The notes beneath the pieces are model-generated. The model was given only the letters and a program-made list of their open reading frames with translations, was not told the DNA's origin and ran no database searches. The translations under genes were made by a program, and so were the position numbers. This document shows positions 56,911-64,000 of a stretch of DNA of 64,000 nt, piece after piece. Source of the DNA: Raillietiella orientalis (taxonomy: Eukaryota); assembly GCA_036172245.1 (NCBI GenBank), contig JAYWIR010000025.1, positions 2,914,001 to 2,978,000 on the forward strand. Reading direction: 5' to 3'. The stretch's first letter is position 1, and each line of letters starts with the position of its first letter.

Positions 56911-57912
56911 GGGATGCACCCAGGGAGGTGACCACCCTATGAATCCAGGAAGGCTCCGGAGGAGGAAGGAGTCTGTTCCTCGCTCATTCGCTCTCCCTTA
57001 TTTCATCCGAAGGGACTACCTAGATGTGACCGCTCCTTGTTTCTCCTCCAGGGGAACCCGGGAAGGATATGCTCCTTGTTTCCTCCTCTGTAGAGAACCC
57101 CGAAGGGAAGCTCCCAAATTTCGCTAAAGGGCAGTTCCCCGAAAGGAGCAGAGCGCTTCTTGGCACTCTGGGGAGGAAACCCCCCCAAGGGGAGAAGATG
57201 GCTCCATTTTTACAACCGGAGGGGGACCACGAAGGGCTCCTTGATTTCTGGAAGGACCACGGAGGGTCAACTTTTCATCCCGGCCACTCGACGGGGTCAT
57301 CTGGCTTCCACCAGTTACGCCCTCACGCCGGCTGACCGTATACCTAGCAGCACTCTGTTTACGCGGCGGGACCGTGGCTGCATGGAGCAGCAACTCCAGA
57401 GGAGGCAAGGACGACAGGGACGCCATCCACTTTGCTGTCCTCTCCATGAGGATGGTCATATCAAGATGGTCCCATCTGGAAGTCTGGAAATAGGAACTTG
57501 CCGGCAACCTCACAAGGATGAAGAGGACACCCTCCAGCACGCAGTGATGCATTCTCGAGCCCCCCCCGTTTTTTTGACTGCATTTTTATTTTTTTTTCTT
57601 TTTGTTTGCTTCCTCTTCCCCTGTGCTGCCCAGGAGAACTTTGCTGGTCTGAGTGCCAGTTCCCAGCAGGTTCCTCCTCGTTGTTATAAGGAACATGGCA
57701 GGATCAAACGTCCTGCCATAGACGTTCATATTTATTTTTTATAAATAAATGCCCCGGCGTGACCAATGCCGTCGCACCCGAAGCCTGAAGGCTTTATCTG
57801 AAGGAAGGAGAGGACTCGAAACCCATCTCGGGGCCGATCCTTCTCCCGGCGAGATTCGAACCTGCAACGTCTGGTGCCACGGGCGGAGACTCCAGCCACA
57901 CGGCCGCCAAAG
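56911..57912 (-). mobile_element. tRNA-derived SINE-like repeat, copy 6, split by the short LINE (body 56911-57315, head 57750-57912)
   Basis: CCCTATGAATCCAGGAAGG at 56935-56953, ATCCCGGCCACTC shared with copies 1 and 2, and B-box GAGATTCGAACC at 57851-57862. Confidence 0.75.
57317..57749 (+). mobile_element. Short 5'-truncated copy (3' end only) of the same L1/Tx1-like LINE, inserted in SINE copy 6
   Basis: Aligns with 52896-53320 (GGGACCGTGGCTGCATGGAGCAGCAACTCCAGAGGAGGCAAGGACGACAGGGACGCCATC is shared exactly) and ends at the same TTTATAAATAAA. Confidence 0.9.
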
Positions 57913-57949
57913 TGCATGTTGCTCGTGTCGATGACATGAGAAACATGAT

Positions 57950-60650
57950 GAATAGCTGACCATAGCAATCAACTGCAGCAGATCACGCCAGTTATAACTG
58001 GGCATTGGTGAGTTCGACCAAGTTGCCTTCTCCTTGCAAAACTCCCAGTTCGCCACCACAACCCCTGAAGGAGGGAGCGGCAAAGGCAGACGGGCTCGCT
58101 GTAGGCCTTTCCACCATAAGCGGGTATTCGAGGGAACGTGGATGTTGCGCATGCGGATCGCACTGCGTTTGGTGGATGAAGTGGAGCAACGTCTGAGGAA
58201 ACGTCACGATGACCTCAGTCAATCGCACTTCAGGATTTTGAAGCTGAACTGGATGCCAGCTCCAGCAAGAAATAGCACGAGAACCTCCTCGCCGCGCTTC
58301 CGCGGCTGCTTGCGAGTCGAAGTGAAGTCTGAGGGCATGCCTGAGTTTCTGAAGGTCGCTTGAAACTGTACGCCTCCGTCGACGCCGAACCGCATTGTTC
58401 CGTCGGTTGTGGGTTCCAACCAGTCCATCTCAGGAAGTACAAAGGGAGCAACTGGAGCACTTCACGAAGCTGCTGCTGCCGCTGCAGCTTTCGTTTTTCT
58501 TTTTTTTGCATAAGAACGCCCGGTCGCAATTGCCACACTCCTTGACTTCTTTCCTTCCTCGAGGAAGAAATTTCGACCTTCAAGATGCTTCTTGAAAACC
58601 CTCTGAGGATGTTCTCCTCCTCATTTTGCTCTCAAACCAACTGCCATTTCTTCCCACTTCTGCTTCCTCGGGTCGGTGCTCCCTTATTCTGGCTTACCAG
58701 TTGCTTTCTTACAACGAGCACGCATCCTGTAATTGCCGGACCTTGAAGTGGGTGCACCCGTTAGCCACACAGCCCTTTCCATGCAGCGCAGGATCACTGA
58801 AACTCCATACGAAAAAAGGGAACACTTTCTCTCAAAAGTGTGGCTCATGATCCTCGGCAGTGGATCCTCATCGGGATCCGCAGTTTGAAGTCCTCTCGTA
58901 AATTCATTCTTTCGGGAGTACCCATTGAAAAGATCAACTTTGTTTGTTCGGAACACACTCTCATGGATTCTGTAGTTTCTTCTTCTCCGGAGGGAACCCT
59001 GTTTTCAGTGTGAAAAATGGCTACGTCGCCTTCCGGTATTTTCTTCTGTGTGCCTCCAGAATACTGGATGCTTATGTAGGCCTCTCCTTCATCGTGCTGT
59101 CTCCCTGTCTGCTTTTACAGGATCTTCAGTGTCAGTCTCCAAATCCCACGAACCCAAAGATCCAGCGCTGATTGTCTTCCCTGCAGTCAGAAGGGATCTC
59201 CTCTAAGGGAAAGGGAAGGAGTCAGTCCCGGCAACTGCTCTCCTTTTCTGCCTCGCGTCTTCCATCGTCTCGGCGGAGTGTCCTCTTGCGTTTACCACTT
59301 CTACGGTGATGGCCACAGCCTCTTCTGTAGTATCAAATCCGGTCTCATCTACCTGGAAACCATTCTTGAGATGGACTGGTTGAAAGACACGGTTTTCCAT
59401 GGTTTAATGGTGCCCTTCGAGATTCTTCCAATGAATCCGTTGATATTGTGGTTCGACAGTCATCGCACTCCTTTCCTTGGTGATTGCAAACCCCGCTGGT
59501 CGCAGGAACGCTTCCTTTCTTTGCAGAGGTGTTTCCCCTTCCTCGTGTCCTACTAATTTTGAAGGTATTCAGATGCTGGGCTACATTGGAGGAGTCATTT
59601 CCTTCCAGATGGTGCTTCGCCCATTTCCTTCACGCTTGCTCTTTGGTTCTTCGTTCGTTTTGCTTTGGGGTATTCCAGGAAATGGGGACAACGTTTTGAA
59701 GGTGTTTTCGTTATTTTTTGGAATCCGTCGCATCGGCTGCTTACTTGTGGTGTCTTGGTGTTTCTTGCACTGTGCCAATTAGAAGTTTCTTTTTGCTTTC
59801 CTTTTTTGACCCATTTAAGCCGATGGTTTGCTTTGTTTGCCAGCGTGATGTCAACGTCGGTGCATGCTGAATTTTTTTTTCCACTGGCTGACCCATCCAC
59901 TGCTATTCCTCCCATTTGAATGTGGTAGGTGGTGATTCTGTGTTGGTGTCCGGTGGACAGCCCAACTTTTTCTTTGCCACTGGATTGTGCTTCTTGTGAA
60001 TTCTCTCTTTTATCTCTCCTTTCCCACTTCCTCGAATGAAGGACATTCTAACTTGCTCAGTTATTGAGTACGCTGGAAATGTCTGATCTTCCTTCTGTTC
60101 AGAACATGTTCGCTCTCTAAAACCTACGGATTTAAGACGAATCAACCACTCTCTGGATCTTTTCTTGGGGTGAATCTGGTGAAAGCTGCACAGAGCTCCA
60201 AATTCTGGCGCATTGGGACGATTCTTGTAACGGAGAGGTTCAGGAAGAAAAGATGCTGGAAACGGTTATGGCAGACATGGCAGCGTTGGAGCATGTTCTG
60301 CGAAATGGTGACCTCTGACTTTGAGTGCACGAGAGGGACCTGAAAGAGCAGCTGCAAAGTTGTGCATTTTTCAAGAGTTTTCCTGCGAAAATCGCGAAGC
60401 CGCGAGTCCCGACTCTCTGGCTGCTGCAGCCAGCATCCGAAATGACACCTGCCAAGGAGGAGTAGAAAGAAGGGACGACTGGAAAAATGACCTTTCCGAA
60501 ACCAGAGTTCAACCTTGGCCGGACGACTCCGCATCCCGGTGAACAAAGGAGGACCGTGTATCCTGCCCGTATACCAGGTGGTACTCCAAGACCCAGGCCT
60601 ACCATTTCGTTGGTCACTATCAAAATCATCGCTGCCGCAGCAGTTTGGGA
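57950..60650 (-). mobile_element. Heavily decayed 5' half of an L1/Tx1-like element (ORF1-like and endonuclease-like remnants)
   Basis: RIHGPPL../LNSGFGKVI and QRCHVCHNRFQH (ORF1 zinc-knuckle-like, ~60250-60570). GDVAIF, VDLFNGYS and SQGVWQLRPGVL resemble the L1 endonuclease and its GxWKLN linker (~58520-59030). All are frameshifted. Confidence 0.35.
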
Positions 60651-63600
60651 TGTAACGTAAGGATTCTTTACATCTGTACATTCGGTCAGCTCTACCCCTG
60701 GCAGAGGCAGCACTCATCGGCAACAGCTGGATCCACGAATCCATCAGCAGTCAGACTAGAGATGCGTGGACTGAAGCTTACCTTTTGAGACCCTGTGTCA
60801 GCTCCTCAAGTGCAAAGAAGGTCAAATTCGACCCAATCGCTTCTCAGTTGAGCGATGTTGCCATGCCCTTTCGATGGCTTCCCTTTGAGATTTTTTGCAG
60901 GGCCCCCATGGAACACTGATCATTAGTGCCTCTGCAGAGTTCACCGAAAAAAGAGGCTTCACAACGAGAGTTCTTAACTGGCAAGCAGAGGAGCCGAATC
61001 TTCGAAATCCGTTTTACTGACTCGTTCCAGGACGACGCGGTGAGGGTAACCAAGGGCGAACCGTCGCCGTGTATTCCGTTTCTCGGTTCACGGTCGGCGG
61101 ACAAAGATTGACCAAAATCTTCGAAATCAGACTCATCTTCTGAGCCTAGCGATCCCATCTTTTAAGAGTTCTTCAGGTCAATCCACGTAGGGAACCCTAG
61201 CGATCCCACCGACTGTTGCTGCGAGGGCGCAGCTCAGAAACCAGACAAGGATTCTTACTTTGCACCCATCGAAAAGAGCATCATTCTTTCCGTGATGCAG
61301 CATCCTCATCGGTTTTCTGGTCGTCCTGCTTCCTGCAAGATTACCGACAAGGTAGGTTTTTCTTCTTGTATTCCGGATTGAACATGTGGCTAAAGAATAG
61401 AAACCACAATTAATCCTCCCTTGTGCTGTCGACTTGTGCGACAGAAGACCCCGGCAGTCAGAGGCATCGAGGCTTCTGTCGCAGAGGTGCGTGCGTTTCC
61501 CCTCACTGTTCCCAGTCAAAACATGGGAAGTCGCTTCTTCGTCACAACTGCCTGCCAGGGTTCCCTTTGCTCCAGTCACCACCGAGTTCGCGTCTGCCGT
61601 CTGCTCCTTCCGTTAGGGCTCCGCGATTACGGTGTCAGCTGCAGAATCCATCGACGCTCATTTCTGAAGTCGACCTCGGTCAAGGTGGCTCCCGAGCTCG
61701 AGCGAATCACGGCGATTTCACGCGGCTGCTCCTCCGTCGGCTGTGAGGGCCCCGCGCCGGCGAGCGCGCTCTTTGCCAAAGAATTTTCCAGCGTTTGTTT
61801 CCGCTGTTCTCACCACGCCAAGAAAAACGCACACGCCGATTACAAGCTTGAAATTTGTTTAAATGGAATTTTCTTGGCTTCGGGCTGATGAATCCCGGGC
61901 ATGTTGCTTTCAAAAGAAGAATTTCCCTGGATAGCGAATTTCTTGAGAAACACTATCTGGAGCTGATCTGAAAAGCGTTCCAATAACACGACGAGTCCTG
62001 AGATCTGTTGTCCGGAATGAGGACCATCGTTGTTGATTCGACTGCAGGCGCTCTGCTCTCCTCCCGCGTCCGGAAAACTTCGGAAAACACCTGCAGTCGA
62101 TCCTGAAGGAACAATCCCGAGCAGAAGCTATCAGTCACAAAGTCCTGTTTTCGGCAAATCCCCACGCGGCCGGATTCGTCGAGAGATCCTCCCACTGGCA
62201 TATCCAGTTTCCTTTTACGTGGGGGGTCGCAGGCGGAGCGACGTGCTCGAGATCAGCCAGCAGAGAGATGGACGGGCGTTTCCTGCAGCAGCACGTACGC
62301 ACTGCTGCGGAATGAAAGAGAAGTGGTCCACCCTCGGACTCAGTCAACCGAAGAGACGGCGAGTCTTGGATTTAGTCCGTTCCAGTCGGTGACTCCCACT
62401 CAGATGGAATTTCCTCCTGCCGTCGCTCACGGGAGTGGAGGAAATCCAGGAATCCAGGAAATTCCGGACTCCTCCTAGCCGGTTGGCGAAAGTCGCTTGC
62501 AGGAGGATTGGGAAACGCTTCCCAAGGGCGTTGTCCAGCTGCTTGGCCTCCATTCCTGGGATGAGTTCAGGCACGCGTCAGAGCACCTCCTAGGAACCGT
62601 TGCCGGAAAAAAGCCGGCCGGTCCATTTCTCAGGCTGGCCTGCCCTCGTTCGGTGCCCGCGGCGAGCAAACTGCGATCCGAAATCTGCTGTGCATATTGG
62701 AGGTGTTGCCGTGGAAGCTGAGAAATGCAGAGCGGCTCCCACTTCTAATGCATCCGTCTCCAAGGACATGCTAATGGTACGAAACGAAGGACATCATCCC
62801 GTGGTCGACCTGCCAGGATTGCAACTCGACTGTGCGCCGCAGGCACCCAAGTAGTAGTAGAATCGTTAAGTCCTCCACTGGTGCATGCCTTTGTCTCGGT
62901 AATCTCGCTGCAGGAAGTTGCCAAGACAACAGCTCCCGCACACACTGGTGAGGTGCTGGACGCGCAGCTGGACGAGACTTTGCTCGCGCTCCGATCTGCG
63001 GGACGCGCCAACAGCGACTATGCTGTTGGCGCGAAGGAGGAAGGAAGAAGTTTGTATATTGGAATAAGGAAGAAGTAAGTAAGTGGAGGGGGGGCAGGGG
63101 GGAAGCAGCTCCTTCCCGAGCTTTCGCTGACGTCCTAGAAAAAGTACCGACCTGCGAGTGAGGGTGGTGGCGGCACGGACGGGACAGGTTCCTTGGGAGA
63201 AATCTTCTGACCGATGGACCCCTGGAACTCACTGTCCCTCAACGCCGCAGAAGCAGAGTTCCAGCGGAGTTCCCCCAGCGAGTTCGATTCATCCATCTAC
63301 GTGAATTGCTCTCCATCGGATGACCTTACCAACCTCCTGCGGGAAAGAGGGAAGCTACGGGTCCAGGATGCGACTGAACATGCCCCTCGGGCACGGTCAT
63401 CACTGCCGAAGGGGAGCAGGAATCGACTGCTGCAGCCTCTGCTACTCCCGCCGAGGTTCGCGTGCGGATTTCCGGAGAACGATGCGAAGGGAAAGGCCCT
63501 CCCTCCCCCCCTCCAAGGCAGCGACGCGTCCAAGAGAGGCTCTGCCTCCCCACCCGAGGGGCGCGGCCTGATGAGCCACCAAGCGAAGGTGTGCAAGGCC

Positions 63601-64000
63601 TTCCCTTCAGCCGGTTCCCCTGCTCCTCCACCGGGGAGCTTCCTTGATCAGTCCGCGGTCTCCTCGGCATTTTCGCTGCTGCTCATCTTCGCATCCATTG
63701 ACCGTTTTGTCGTAATAAAAAGAAGAGGAGGGGGAGGAAAAAAATGATGATGGATGGTGATTGCGAAGGCGGGCGTGACTGATCGACGACTAATGCAGTG
63801 GCGGCGGTGGTGAGGAAGGAAAGAGACGGAGGGGGGGGGGGCGCTAGAAAGTCTGGACCAAGTTCATCACTCGTCGACCAGCAGTCGGGATGCGGAGGAG
63901 TGTGAGCTCTCGAATCCTCCGGGACTGCAGAGAAATACCACGGCTTCAAGGACAGCGCTGCACCGTCAGTGATTTTTCTCCTTCACAGTCATACGCGAGG

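Noticed and set aside
26500..64000. Many 100-300 aa ORFs in the GC-rich half (for example 53686..54606, 43243..43995, 30746..31528)
   Set aside because: They are overlapping, Arg/Pro/Ser-rich shadow ORFs expected in GC-rich repeats, with no recognisable domains.

Overview
This is eukaryotic, probably invertebrate, genomic DNA with tiny GT-AG introns. GC content rises from an AT-rich start to a GC-rich second half, and most listed ORFs are spurious. The only intact genes I can support are two head-to-head copies of class III alcohol dehydrogenase / S-nitrosoglutathione reductase (ADH5-like, 8 exons, 379 aa). They sit in a ~2.1 kb inverted repeat (5381-7491 and 11970-14079) whose arms appear identical except for one intronic base, while the flanks are homologous but strongly diverged, which suggests arm-to-arm gene conversion. 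The rest is decayed transposons with orphan host-gene fragments (HUWE1, MSH2 C-terminus). It includes six copies of a ~0.6-0.7 kb tRNA-derived SINE-like repeat rich in cUUCGg-type hairpins, a MITE-like element and several decayed L1/Tx1-type LINEs. The most novel signal is that two differently 5'-truncated copies of one L1/Tx1-like LINE (2.6 kb and 0.43 kb) sit at the same site, in the same antisense orientation, inside two different SINE copies, with degenerate target-site duplications. This is a candidate SINE-targeting, sequence-specific retrotransposon. All calls come from reading the sequence by eye; no searches were run.
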